Below the pieces are notes generated by a model. It made no database searches and was not told where the DNA came from. It was given only the letters and a program-made list of their open reading frames with translations. The position numbers and the translations under genes were made by a program. Of a stretch of DNA of 64,000 nt, positions 49,127 to 61,495 are shown in pieces; position 1 is the stretch's first letter; each line of letters opens with the position of its first letter. The stretch is from Candidatus Multivorans sp. (GTDB taxonomy: Bacteria; Acidobacteriota; Thermoanaerobaculia; Multivoradales; Multivoraceae): the NCBI GenBank assembly GCA_965247095.1, contig OZ251997.1:3776001-3840000 (forward strand). The letters run 5' to 3'.

Positions 49127-50974
49127 TCAAAGTCCCACTGCCGTCAGCGCCTGATCGATCGCCGTGTGGGCGGAGCTTCCGGCGCCGTGAAGGTCCACGG
49201 CCGCCTGTCGGATGGCGATCGCCATCGTCTGGAAGTTGGCCAGGGGCGACGCCAGGTCGACCAGGGCGCGGAAGAACGCCTGCTCGACCTGAGTCCGGTT
49301 GGCGCCGCCGACCCCCTGGACCGTCCGACCGCTCGAGGCGTGCGTTCCACCCTCGATCGCCAGGTAGAAGGCGTGGCTCAGGATGGTGGAGTTCCAGTGG
49401 ACCCCGGAGTAGCCGTCGATTGCACGGCGGAACCAGCGATTGTCCTTCCTGCCGAAGCGTGTGTAGCGGATCAGGTTCTCGCCCACCAGGGCCACGACGA
49501 AACGGAACTCCTGTCCGACGGCGTCCGGATAGGTGAAGGGACCGACGGTAGCCTCGCGGGGCGTGTCGATCCGACGCACAGGGAATTCCATGTCCTCGCC
49601 GTTGATGTAGTCCGCGCGCAGCAGCCCGTCGCCCGGCGGATGGACCGCGAACTCGACCGCGGTGCCGATCATGTCCGAGTACGCCTCGTTGATCGCACCG
49701 CCATGGGCCATGAACAGAGCGAAGCGGCCGCTGCGAGAGGTGGTGGGGTTCCCGTCCTCGTCGAAGCAGAGATACGGCGCCACGACGTCGCCCGAAAAGT
49801 CGTCCGGGAAAGTGTGGGAGTCGCCGCAGCGAATCACCTCATCCGACACCCTGAAGCTCGATGGTCCCAGGGTGAACAGGTGCTGGCCGATCAAGGGCAG
49901 ACCGGTGCGCGTGGTCAGAGCGGAGTAGGTGACGCCGTGCATGAACTCGTGCGCCACGACGTCCAGGGGAACGAACGGCGTGCCGTCGGGCGTTTCGCCG
50001 AACCCGAGGGCGCCGGCGCCCTGCGGCCCGAACGGCGCCGAGAGGAAGAAGGCGTTGACGAACTCCTCGATGTTGACGATGGAGAAGATGCGACCGTCCT
50101 GGCCGTCCAGTCCCCGCCATCCCTGGCTCTTGAAGAGGTAGTCGTAGGTCAGGCCGATGTGAGCGTGACCGTCGACGACGGCCGGGCTCGACCACTCGTT
50201 GTCGTCGTCCGCCGCGACCGCCTCCTCCCAGGCCGGCGAAGGCACGAGCAACGGGAAGACGTTCAAGAAGTCGCCCTGCGCGTCCAGGGTCACGGTTTCG
50301 GCCGGACGGAGTCGATCCCACGCTTCGTAGCCCTGCCCCGTGTTCCAGGCGCTCAGCTTCTGCGGCGCGCCGGTGATGCCCGAGCCGAAGCCGACCGCGC
50401 TCTCGGCGTACACGTGGTCGAGCCGGTGCACGAGTTCGCCGCTATGGGCGTCGATGAACCAGGTCCGGTGGTCCTGCATCGGCGCGTTCCAGGTGAGCAC
50501 GAGCCTCCCTAGCGCGGTCGGGAGGATGACCAGGCTCGGCGGTTCGGATGTCGCCGGAGCGGTATCTGCAATCTCCGCCATTCGGGCCAGGGCGGCTTCG
50601 GCCCGCATGCCCGGATCGGTGTCGACGTCGACATCGCTGAAGATGGTGCCGAAGACCGATACCGTCGCCCCGTTGGCCCGCTGTCGGGTAAGGCCGGCGC
50701 CATGGACCGGTACACCGCGGTGGACCTGACGGAAATGCTCGTGAAGACGTCCCGGCAACTGGCGGTCCGGCTGCGCCGATACCAGCGCAAGTTCGCCGGT
50801 ACGGGTCTTCTCGGCGATCAGGGAGTCGACACGGACCATGTCCGGAATGTCGGCGGGCGTCGACGTGATGGCGAATACCCGCGTGTCGGAAGCGGGTGCC
50901 GGCTGTGCCTGCAGCGTGCTGCCGGCCAGGAGCAAACCCATCGATAACGCGACGAACGTGCGGACTCGTACCAC
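49127..50974 (-). CDS. M4 (thermolysin-family) metallopeptidase
   Basis: Signal peptide; FTP/PepSY-like propeptide; NAFF, VVAHEFMHGV, GAINEAYSD, GVHWNS. Confidence 0.88.
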   Translation of the reverse strand: MVRVRTFVALSMGLLLAGSTLQAQPAPASDTRVFAITSTPADIPDMVRVDSLIAEKTRTGELALVSAQPDRQLPGRLHEHFRQVHRGVPVHGAGLTRQRANGATVSVFGTIFSDVDVDTDPGMRAEAALARMAEIADTAPATSEPPSLVILPTALGRLVLTWNAPMQDHRTWFIDAHSGELVHRLDHVYAESAVGFGSGITGAPQKLSAWNTGQGYEAWDRLRPAETVTLDAQGDFLNVFPLLVPSPAWEEAVAADDDNEWSSPAVVDGHAHIGLTYDYLFKSQGWRGLDGQDGRIFSIVNIEEFVNAFFLSAPFGPQGAGALGFGETPDGTPFVPLDVVAHEFMHGVTYSALTTRTGLPLIGQHLFTLGPSSFRVSDEVIRCGDSHTFPDDFSGDVVAPYLCFDEDGNPTTSRSGRFALFMAHGGAINEAYSDMIGTAVEFAVHPPGDGLLRADYINGEDMEFPVRRIDTPREATVGPFTYPDAVGQEFRFVVALVGENLIRYTRFGRKDNRWFRRAIDGYSGVHWNSTILSHAFYLAIEGGTHASSGRTVQGVGGANRTQVEQAFFRALVDLASPLANFQTMAIAIRQAAVDLHGAGSSAHTAIDQALTAVGL

Positions 50975-51123
50975 TAGCTACCCCCCCTATTTGGTAGTGT
51001 GCCGACGGCGCAAGCGGCGGGTCCTATGGGACAGCTCCTGCGCTGATCGGGACAGGCCAGAGTTGCGCGATCCCTCCATGGTGTGGCGGAACGTCAACTC
51101 CCTGTGTCGGGCCTACCGACATT

Positions 51124-51808
51124 CTACACGCCACGCTTCTCGGCGCCCCACAGCGTCTTGTGAAGCTGCATTGAGACCCGTGCCGGAAGTCGGTCTTCGA
51201 GCACCCAGGAGGCGAGTTCGGCAGGTTCCAGGGCATCCCAGACCGGCGACAGGTGGACGGTGCAGCGGCAGTCGATTCGGTGCTCAAGGATCACGTCCCG
51301 AGCCCACTCGTAGTCGCCGCGGTCCGCGAGCACGAGCTTCACCTCGTCGGTCGAACGGAGCTCGTCGATGTTCGGCCAGTGGTTGTTCGCGGCCTCGCCG
51401 CTTGCCGGGCATTTCAGGTCGACGATCCGCCTCACCCGCGAATCCACGCCTGAGATGTCGAGTCCGCCGCCGGTCTCGAGCAGAACTACCAGTCCCCGGT
51501 CGCAGAGTCCGCTCATCAGGGGATGAACGCCGGGTTGGAGCAGGGGTTCGCCGCCGGTGACTTCCGCCAGCGGGCAGTCGTAGGTCAGCACCTCCGCGAT
51601 GATGTTCTCGACGCGCATCCACGCGCCTTCGTAGAAGCTGTACTCCGTGTCGCACCAACTGCATCGCATCTGACAGCCGGTCAGGCGCACGAGGACGCAG
51701 GGGCGGCCCGCGAAGGTCGATTCGCCCTGAAGCGAGTAGAAGATCTCGTTGATCTTGAGCCGCTCGCGCTCAGGCAGCGCGGCGACCGGGTCGACCTGGT
51801 GGAGTCGA

Positions 51809-51825
<17 letters not shown>
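51124..51825 (-). CDS. queE: 7-carboxy-7-deazaguanine synthase (radical SAM)
   Basis: EIFYSLQGE, CQMRCSWCDT, TGGEPLLQ, QLHK. Confidence 0.88.
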
Positions 51826-54547
<2,722 letters not shown>

Positions 54548-54685
54548 GTGCCTGTTTCCGTAGTTTCCGGCGCGGCGCCGGGGCGTTTGATGTGCAGTCG
54601 AGGTCGCGGGCCGGCTTCGACCCGGTTGGCGACAAGCGCCCCGAAACGCCTCGCCAGCTCGGAGTTTCGGCCCATCCCGTTCTCA

Positions 54686-54740
54686 CTAGAGCTTGCGCCG
54701 CGGAACTTGGCTTCGCTACGTTCCGCGGCGCAAGCTCTAG
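54686..54740. repeat. Perfect 21-bp inverted repeat (hairpin) between divergent acnA and yqgE
   Basis: CTAGAGCTTGCGCCGCGGAAC-13 nt-GTTCCGCGGCGCAAGCTCTAG. Confidence 0.9.
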
Positions 54741-54825
54741 ACTACCCAAAGCGCCGCCGGCGTCAGCGCCTGCGGTCCCGCGCGCGGCCCCCCGTCGACC
54801 CCGCACCGGCGTGTAGAGTCCCGCC

Positions 54826-55416
54826 ATGTCCGGGCTGGATGACCTCGAGACGCCGAGTCTGCTGATCGCCATGCCCCAGGTTCTGGATCCGTTCTTCTTT
54901 CGGGCGGTCGTCCTGCTGGCGGCGCACGAGGAGGGCGGCGAGGGAGGAAGTCTCGGCTTCATCGTCAATCGTCCGAGTCAACTCAAGGTCGACGAAGTGT
55001 TGCGGGAACTCGATATCGAGTGGCTGGGCGGCTCGGAGGCGACGGCCTTCGTCGGTGGCCCGGTGCAGCCGGAGGTGGGTACGGTGCTGCTGTCTCTGGA
55101 CGGCTTGACCGGCCTGGAAGCGGACGGGATCACCCAGATCGCGCCGGGCGTGGGCGCGACGCAGAACATCCTCGCACTGCGGACGCTGGCGCGCCGCGCT
55201 CCGGACCGCATGCGGCTTCTGCTCGGTCACGCCGGTTGGGCGCCGGGCCAGTTGATGCAGGAGGTCAGTCGCAGCGACTGGTTGACGGCGCCGGTGGAGG
55301 AGGCGATCGTGTTCTCGCCCGATCCGGTCGACGCCTGGTCGACCGCGCTCGCCACCCTGGGGATCGATCCGGGGGCTCTGCCGAGCTGGACCGCCGGCGA
55401 CGGCGCCTCCAACTAG
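54826..55416 (+). CDS. YqgE/AlgH family protein
   Basis: LLIAMP...DPFF.RAVVL, GFIVNRP, GGPV, GHAGW.PGQL. Confidence 0.9.
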   Translation: MSGLDDLETPSLLIAMPQVLDPFFFRAVVLLAAHEEGGEGGSLGFIVNRPSQLKVDEVLRELDIEWLGGSEATAFVGGPVQPEVGTVLLSLDGLTGLEADGITQIAPGVGATQNILALRTLARRAPDRMRLLLGHAGWAPGQLMQEVSRSDWLTAPVEEAIVFSPDPVDAWSTALATLGIDPGALPSWTAGDGASN

Positions 55417-55486
55417 CGGCTGCTAGGAGTCGAGTCGCGGCGTCCGCGCCGCGCTGACGCACAGGAAACAGGGCTTGTTCCATACA

Positions 55487-55581
55487 AGCTTGCCCGGCAG
55501 AACGATCTGACCTGGGAACGCGGGCATCCTGCCCGCATCCGGCGCGAAGCGCCGGCCTCCGGGAGTTCTGCCGGGCAAGCT
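55487..55581. repeat. 17-bp inverted repeat enclosing a REP-like double hairpin
   Basis: AGCTTGCCCGGCAGAAC / GTTCTGCCGGGCAAGCT around CCTGGGAACGCGGGCATCCTGCCCGCATCCGGCGCGAAGCGCCGG (55511-55558). Confidence 0.85.
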
Positions 55582-55582
55582 C

Positions 55583-56101
55583 CTAGCAGCCGGTGGAGCC
55601 GAAGCCGCCGTCGTTGCGCCGTCCGGCGACAGGACGTGCGCCGAGCGTGTCGTCGTCGCGGAACGCGATCTCCGGCACGGCGGCGACCACCATCTGGGCC
55701 AGCCGTTCGCCGCGCTCGATCGCGATCGGGCGCTGCCCGAGGTTGACGAGCAGCAGCTTGACTTCGCCCCGGTAGTCGCTGTCGATCGTGCCGGGAGCGT
55801 TGAGCACGGTCAGGCCCCGCCGGTAGGCGAGTCCGCTGCGCGGCCGGACCTGGGCCTCGTAGCCCGGCGGCAGGCCGAGGATGAGGCCGGTTGGAATCAG
55901 GGCGCGGGCGCCGGGTTCGATCCGGACCGCAGCGTCGACGGCGGCGCGCAGGTCGTACCCGGCACTGCCGGCCGAGACGCGTTCGGGCAGTCCGGCAGAG
56001 TGCGGTAGCTGGCGGATGCCGATGGTGACGGGGGGAGTGTCTCGCTGGCGTCCTTCAGTCGCCCGGTCGGGTGGTTCCGGCGCCGCGGGTCGCCCGGTCA
56101 A
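55583..56101 (-). CDS. dut: dUTP diphosphatase
   Basis: [33 protein letters not shown]; TTG start overlaps upstream stop. Confidence 0.93.
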   Translation of the reverse strand: MTGRPAAPEPPDRATEGRQRDTPPVTIGIRQLPHSAGLPERVSAGSAGYDLRAAVDAAVRIEPGARALIPTGLILGLPPGYEAQVRPRSGLAYRRGLTVLNAPGTIDSDYRGEVKLLLVNLGQRPIAIERGERLAQMVVAAVPEIAFRDDDTLGARPVAGRRNDGGFGSTGC

Positions 56102-57012
56102 CGGTTGCGTTCTCGGTTGCGCTCTCCCGGCGCGGACCCGTCCTGGACCTTGCTGTTCTCGAGCAGGCCGGGCGGAAAGGGTTTGCCGATCCACTCGCTG
56201 GTCAGGCGCGGCGGCGGGCGGCCGTCGGTGACGTTGCCGGGCCTGAGCTGGATCAGTTCGCTGGTGAAGTACCAGCTCTCGTAGTCTTCCTGGCCACCCC
56301 AGACGCGCATCGAGGGGCCGGGCGTGGCGCTGTAGACGCCCAGGATCGGTCCGACTGTCGGTCCTTCGCCCTCCTCTTCGTTCGGAGGCGGTACGGCGGT
56401 CAGCGCGCCGCCGCCGGCGCCGCCGGCCGCACCGGCATTGGTCGTTCCGGCCCTTCGGGCGCGGCGGTTCTCCTGCTGGCCGGCATTGCTTGGAGCTCCC
56501 TGCATCAGCAGGCCCCAGCGCCCCTCCTCGTCCATCGGGTTGGGCCACAACTGCCGGATGACTCGCGGTTTGACCTCGATGAGTTCTTCGAGCGCCGTCG
56601 GCAGGCGCCCCTGGCGGACCCGGAACAGGCGGATCGCCTCGGCGTACTGCAGCCCACGGAAGATCAGCTCCGCTTCCTTCTCCCTCTTCGCCCAACTGCT
56701 CCAGTACGGCAGTGCCGCCGCGACCGCGATGTTCATCACCGTGATCAGAACGGCGAGCACAACGAGGTTGTAGCCGGCCTCGGAGGATCGGTCCGCGGGG
56801 CCAGGAGCTTGGGCCGCGGAGCGCCCCGCCCCTGCGCCGCGGAAGCCTGACGGCTTCCGCCCTGTGCCGCGGAAGCCTGACGGCTTCCGCCCTGTGCCGC
56901 GGAAGCCTGAAGGCTTCCGCCCTGGGAACGCGGGCGTCTCGCCCGCATCCGGTGCGAAGCGCCGGTCTGTAAACCAGCGCCGGAGACGGGACACCAGGTC
57001 ACCAATCGGCAT
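56098..57012 (-). CDS. Type II secretion pseudopilin-like protein with unusually long leader
   Basis: [16 protein letters not shown] prepilin-like site; [11 protein letters not shown]; RQLWPNPM; start overlaps upstream YADW*. Confidence 0.82.
   Translation of the reverse strand: MPIGDLVSRLRRWFTDRRFAPDAGETPAFPGRKPSGFRGTGRKPSGFRGTGRKPSGFRGAGAGRSAAQAPGPADRSSEAGYNLVVLAVLITVMNIAVAAALPYWSSWAKREKEAELIFRGLQYAEAIRLFRVRQGRLPTALEELIEVKPRVIRQLWPNPMDEEGRWGLLMQGAPSNAGQQENRRARRAGTTNAGAAGGAGGGALTAVPPPNEEEGEGPTVGPILGVYSATPGPSMRVWGGQEDYESWYFTSELIQLRPGNVTDGRPPPRLTSEWIGKPFPPGLLENSKVQDGSAPGERNRERNR
56831..56968. repeat. Three tandem 30-bp palindromic units plus a REP-like copy, inside a CDS
   Basis: CCTG[CT]GCCGCGGAAGCCTGA[CA]GGCTTCCGC x3 (56831-56920), then 48-bp copy (43/48 identical) of the 55511 element. 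Confidence 0.9.
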
Positions 57013-57433
57013 AGGCTCCGCCCTCCAGCGAGTTCTCCTCCGAACCGGAGTGGACGTCCTCGATGCCGGGATCGCCGAAGGGTGAGAGGTCGGTCTCAGC
57101 CCAGGGGTCCTCGTCGGAGAGGGCGGGAAACTCGGCGAAGACCTCCACCCAGGTGTCGTTGCTGCGGGTTATCGGGTCCAGCGGGATCACTCGCAGGTAC
57201 TCCTCTTCAACGAGGGCCTGGAGGCTCGGCGGATAGTGCCCCTTGTCCGCGTGGTGCTGTTCGATGGCGTCGCGCATGACCCGGAGGTTCTGCTTCAGCG
57301 CCGCCTCCTGCGCCCGTCTCGGCGCGTTCTTCAGTAGCGGCACCGCGATGGCGGCAAGGATGCCGATGATCGCCATGACGATGATCAGTTCCAGCAGGGA
57401 CATGCCGCGCTGGCCCATGATTCTTCGGTTCAT
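56999..57433 (-). CDS. Type II secretion pseudopilin (GspG-like)
   Basis: QRG/MSLLELIIVMAIIGILA; DKGHYPPSL; IPLDPIT. Confidence 0.9.
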   Translation of the reverse strand: MNRRIMGQRGMSLLELIIVMAIIGILAAIAVPLLKNAPRRAQEAALKQNLRVMRDAIEQHHADKGHYPPSLQALVEEEYLRVIPLDPITRSNDTWVEVFAEFPALSDEDPWAETDLSPFGDPGIEDVHSGSEENSLEGGAYADW

Positions 57434-57434
57434 G

Positions 57435-57914
57435 TCACCACTCCAGGTATGGAACGCGGTTCAGGCCGACGCCCTCGGAGAGGGAGTAGACGTCGTAGAC
57501 GTTCTCTCTTCCCCAATTCGTTTCGTCCGGGTCGTCCTGGTAACTCCGCAGCCCCCACTCCGCCTCGCCGGTCATCGGGTCGACAGGAATACGGCGCAGG
57601 AAACGGATCTCGCCGTCGGCCTGACCGATCAACTGGATCGGCTCGACCAGGATCTCGATTTCACTCGGGTAGCCGTCGGTTCCGATCTCGATCGGAATCA
57701 GGCCGACATCGCTGTAGCGCTTGTGTTCGTCGATCGCGTTGCGCAGCATGCGCAGGTGCGACCGGAGTTCGGCCTCCTTGATCCGTTTGTTCGTGTAGGT
57801 GGCGGTGGGCAGGGCGACGGCCGCCAGTGTGAGCATCACGGCGCACACCGTGATCAGTTCCACCAGGGTGTACCCGGCTCGGCGCCGCAGGCCGCCTGGG
57901 GTCGTCAGGTTCAA
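57435..57914 (-). CDS. Type II secretion pseudopilin (GspG-like)
   Basis: RAG/YTLVELITV; KEAELRSHL; FLRRIPVDPMTG; NVYDVYS. Confidence 0.9.
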   Translation of the reverse strand: MNLTTPGGLRRRAGYTLVELITVCAVMLTLAAVALPTATYTNKRIKEAELRSHLRMLRNAIDEHKRYSDVGLIPIEIGTDGYPSEIEILVEPIQLIGQADGEIRFLRRIPVDPMTGEAEWGLRSYQDDPDETNWGRENVYDVYSLSEGVGLNRVPYLEW

Positions 57915-60334
57915 GCGACCGTCTCCGGTCCGCCTCGGTCCGGCGGCTCGACGTCGCGGATCTCGATCTCCAGCGGACGCACGGTCGGCGCCGGCAGCGC
58001 TTCGAGTTCGGGACCCCTTGGCTTCGCCTGCTCGACCGCGATCGTTGCCCTGCCGGGACCTACCGCCCGCACCTCGAGAGCCAGCAGGTGGCCTCGTCCG
58101 GCCACACCCGCCTGATCGCCCAGCCGGCTGAGGCCGACGATGACCGTGCCCGGTGTCGAGCTGTCGGTCATCAGGGAGATCTCGCTCGGGTCGCCCAGGA
58201 AGGACTCGGCCTTGACCGCGGTCACCTCGATCCGCTCCGGGTCGTACCGGAGCCGCAGCGGCAGGTGGGAGAGCGGAGTGCGGGCCCTGATGTCCAGGCG
58301 CGCTTCGAAGCTGTCGCCGACCGTCACGCGCAGCGCTTGGGGCGCGAAGGAGAGCTCGATCTCGGCGTTGGTCCGCGCCGACGACGGCCGGAAGAGAGCT
58401 GGAACGATCGCGGGCGGTCTCTCGAGCAGACCGGCGTTCTGGAGCGGGCTGCCCGGCGGCGGGACGAGCTCGACGCCCAGAGGGGGCTGGTCGTCTCCTT
58501 CCTCGCCCGTGTCGGCTTCGGGTGCCGCGTTGCGCAGGCCCGGCGGCAGCCGGTCCTCCAGTTGCTGCCGCGTCTCGTCGCTCTCATCCGGCGGCTCGTC
58601 GAACGGACCGTCGATCCCGGAGTCGATCCGCGGACTCGAGCCCCGGAAGACGACGTTCTGCTCCGTGCCGACCCAGATCGGCGCCAGGTCCTGTTCGGTG
58701 ATGTCCGCCCGACGGATGATGTGCGGCGTCAGGGTGAGCACGATGTCGGTGCGCCTGTTGTCGCTCCCCTTCTTGGAGAACAGGCGGCCCAGCACCGGGA
58801 TCTCCGACAGCCCGGGGATCCCGTTCTGGGTGTTCGACTCGTTGGTGCGGATCAGCCCTGCGAGGAAGTTCGTCTCGCCGTCGCGCAGCCGGATGCTGGT
58901 CTTGATGTTGCGGCTGCCGATGATCGGCTGGTCGCCGATCTGGCCGCTCAGGTCGCTGACCTCGATCTCCAGGTCCAGGGAGATCTCCTCATTGTGGTGG
59001 ACGCGGGGTGTGATGTCCACCTGGATGCCCACGTTCTGGTACTGGTAGGACGTGATGGGCACCACGTTGCTGCCCGCGGTGTTCGCGGTGTTGAAGCTGG
59101 TCACCGGGATCGGGACCCGGTCGCCGATCGAGAACGAGCTCTTTTCTCCTTCCGTGATCCGCACTTGCGGCTTGGCCAGCGTCTGCGCGTCGGTCGATCT
59201 CTTCACGAAGTCGAACAGGAAACCGGGCACGCTGAGCACCCAGTTGTTCTGATTCAGCGATGCGACGTCCGACATCCTGAGCGGCACGTCGTCGCCGCCG
59301 ATGTCGAGGCTGATGCCGAGGGTGTTCGCGTCCAGCGAAAGGCCCAGATTCTGGAGTTTCGTGGTGTTGATCTCCAGCAGCTCGACGTCGATGACGACTT
59401 CGGCCTTCGCCTTGTCGCTCTGCTCGATGATCCGCTCCGCGACCTTGACCTTTTCGACGCTGTCGAGCATGACGATCGCGTTCAGCCGTTCGTTCGCGGC
59501 GATGAACCGGGTCGCAAGCAGGCTGCGCAGAATGGTCATCACGTCCTTTACGTCCGAGTTCGAGAGGAAGAAGGTCTGGATGATCCGGTCCTCATACGCC
59601 TGGCGGTTCGCGGGCGTGTTCTGCAGGATCATGATCGTCTGTTCGTCGAGCACCTTGTAGAAGTGCCCCAGGGTCTGCATCAGGATCTCGAGGCCCTCCA
59701 GCGCGGTCACCTCCCGCAGCTCGATGGGGCTGGAGAGCGGTGCATCCCGCAGGCGGGGATCGAACACGACGTTGAACCCGAACGCCTGCCCGATCGCGCG
59801 GTAGATCTCCATGAACGTCGCGTTCGGGAAGTCGAAAGTGATCGGCTCGTCGGAACGCGGACTCAAGACCGGCGGCATCGGCTCGGCGCCGCGGGTCTCC
59901 TCCTTGAGCTGGGAGATGGTCTTCGACCCGCGCCCCCTGCTCTCGATCCGGATCCGGATCTTCTCCAGTTCGGTGAGGGCGTACTGGTTCGTCGGGTCGA
60001 GCTGCACGGCGCGCTGAATCTCCAGCAGCGCGTCCCGGTCCCGGCCGACCTCCTGCAGTTTCCTCCCCTGCTCGAAGTGGGCATGGGCGGCCTGGGTCTT
60101 GGCGCGCAGCAGACCGGCCCGGTAGCGGAGGTCCGAGGGATCGGCCGTGACCAGTTCCATGTAGCGGAGGACGGCGGCGTCCCAGTCGCCGGCGACTTCC
60201 GCGTGTTGCGCTTCGCGGAAGCTCCGGTAGCCGCTACAGGAGGCGAAGACGACCAGAAGCGAGAGTGCCAGCGCCGGAGCGCGCAGCCGTTTTCCGTTTC
60301 GTTCTTTCATATCCTTGAGGCCCTCAACTGCCAT
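57911..60334 (-). CDS. Secretin (GspD-like) with N-terminal TPR and C-terminal cohesin-like domain
   Basis: Lipoprotein-like signal; EVVIDVELLE, LAKPQVR, GIPGLSEIPVLGRLF, LTPHII; C-terminal VGDSF...LRYDP beta-sandwich; start 60334 or 60310. Confidence 0.9.
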   Translation of the reverse strand: MAVEGLKDMKERNGKRLRAPALALSLLVVFASCSGYRSFREAQHAEVAGDWDAAVLRYMELVTADPSDLRYRAGLLRAKTQAAHAHFEQGRKLQEVGRDRDALLEIQRAVQLDPTNQYALTELEKIRIRIESRGRGSKTISQLKEETRGAEPMPPVLSPRSDEPITFDFPNATFMEIYRAIGQAFGFNVVFDPRLRDAPLSSPIELREVTALEGLEILMQTLGHFYKVLDEQTIMILQNTPANRQAYEDRIIQTFFLSNSDVKDVMTILRSLLATRFIAANERLNAIVMLDSVEKVKVAERIIEQSDKAKAEVVIDVELLEINTTKLQNLGLSLDANTLGISLDIGGDDVPLRMSDVASLNQNNWVLSVPGFLFDFVKRSTDAQTLAKPQVRITEGEKSSFSIGDRVPIPVTSFNTANTAGSNVVPITSYQYQNVGIQVDITPRVHHNEEISLDLEIEVSDLSGQIGDQPIIGSRNIKTSIRLRDGETNFLAGLIRTNESNTQNGIPGLSEIPVLGRLFSKKGSDNRRTDIVLTLTPHIIRRADITEQDLAPIWVGTEQNVVFRGSSPRIDSGIDGPFDEPPDESDETRQQLEDRLPPGLRNAAPEADTGEEGDDQPPLGVELVPPPGSPLQNAGLLERPPAIVPALFRPSSARTNAEIELSFAPQALRVTVGDSFEARLDIRARTPLSHLPLRLRYDPERIEVTAVKAESFLGDPSEISLMTDSSTPGTVIVGLSRLGDQAGVAGRGHLLALEVRAVGPGRATIAVEQAKPRGPELEALPAPTVRPLEIEIRDVEPPDRGGPETVA

Positions 60335-60920
60335 TCGGTCGACCGCCGATCTCCAGTCGCACCGCCGGTTCGTTGGGGAAGCCCACGAACACCAGGTCGA
60401 CCGACTCGTAGCCGATCCGTTGTACTTCGAACTGGTCCTTGACCAGGTCGCCCTCGAGCGCGTTGTAAATCTTCGCCCCGTCCGAGAACACGGCGACCGG
60501 ATCGGCGTCGCGTCCCAGGGTGCCGAGATAGACGAAGTCGACCGCGGGAGGCCGCGGGCCGAGCGGCTGCGGCGCCGGGGGCGCCGGCTTCGGTCTCTCC
60601 GGGACGACGGGCTGAACGGGTTGCGGCTCGGGCGCCGGAAGCGTCGTTTCGGGAGTGGCCCGCTCGGAAGCCGGTTGGCTGTCGAACGACCAGGGGTCGC
60701 GCGCCGCCATGCCCTCCGGCGGCGGCTCGTCCAGGATGTGCGCGGCCAGCTCCACGACCTCGATCGTGGACGAGCGCAGATCGGCAGAGGTGGTGCGGAC
60801 AAAGCCGGTGCCGCCACCGAACGAGGGAAGATAGCGCCAGCCGGCGATCAGCACGAGGACCGCGAGGATGCCCAGCAGCAGGGGCCGTCGCCGGTTCGAT
60901 CCGGTTTCAGCGGCGCTCAT
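60324..60920 (-). CDS. Pilus/T2SS-associated membrane-anchored protein (PilP/GspC position)
   Basis: N-terminal TM, RDPWSF, Pro-rich linker, FVYLG...AVF...EGDLV; located between pilO-like gene and secretin. Confidence 0.7.
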   Translation of the reverse strand: MSAAETGSNRRRPLLLGILAVLVLIAGWRYLPSFGGGTGFVRTTSADLRSSTIEVVELAAHILDEPPPEGMAARDPWSFDSQPASERATPETTLPAPEPQPVQPVVPERPKPAPPAPQPLGPRPPAVDFVYLGTLGRDADPVAVFSDGAKIYNALEGDLVKDQFEVQRIGYESVDLVFVGFPNEPAVRLEIGGRPNGS

Positions 60921-61495
60921 GCTCCCGCCCCCTGACTTGTCGCTCTGGACTCGCCGTCGGAGAACAGGGTCGACAGACGCAGGTCGATGCGCAGGTTCGG
61001 AGTCGCTTCGCTCAGGCTGATCGACTCGAGGACGACGAACGTGTCCGTCGTCTCGAGTTGGTTGATCAGCCGCCGCAACTGGGTGTAGTTCCCTTCGACC
61101 GTGAACACGAGCGACTTCTCGACCAGCCCGTACTGCTCCAACTGCTCCTCGGGGTACGAGATCGAGCCCGGGGGGAGCCCGGAGCGGTCGGCGAGATCCT
61201 TGACCTCGCGGATGAGGTCGGTCAGCCGTTCCCGCTCGGTGGCGAAGCCCTCGCGGTAGAGGCTCGCCACGCGGCTGCGCGTCGCCTCGACGGTCGCCAC
61301 CTGGCCTTCGCGGCGAGCCATCTCCTGAGTCGTGCGCGTGCGCAGGTTGCCCACTTCGGCGATCTCGTCCTCCAGCGCCTGGAAGCGGCCCGCGTAGACG
61401 CCGCGGTATGTCGACAGCAGGCCCGCGTTGATCACACACAGGCCCACACCGATCCAGAACCAGATGCGCAGGCGCCATACTCGCCGGCGGCTCAT
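60917..61495 (-). CDS. PilO/GspM-like protein
   Basis: TM helix, coiled coil, VEGNYTQLRRLINQLE. Confidence 0.8.
   Translation of the reverse strand: MSRRRVWRLRIWFWIGVGLCVINAGLLSTYRGVYAGRFQALEDEIAEVGNLRTRTTQEMARREGQVATVEATRSRVASLYREGFATERERLTDLIREVKDLADRSGLPPGSISYPEEQLEQYGLVEKSLVFTVEGNYTQLRRLINQLETTDTFVVLESISLSEATPNLRIDLRLSTLFSDGESRATSQGAGA

Noticed and set aside
56831-56920. Palindromic 30-bp repeats as a CRISPR array
   Set aside because: Units are directly adjacent with no unique spacers, and no cas genes are present
60335-61478. Long extensions of the secretin ORF (to 60817) and of the 60324 ORF (to 61478)
   Set aside because: They overlap real upstream genes in other frames; coupled starts exist at about 60334/60310 and 60920
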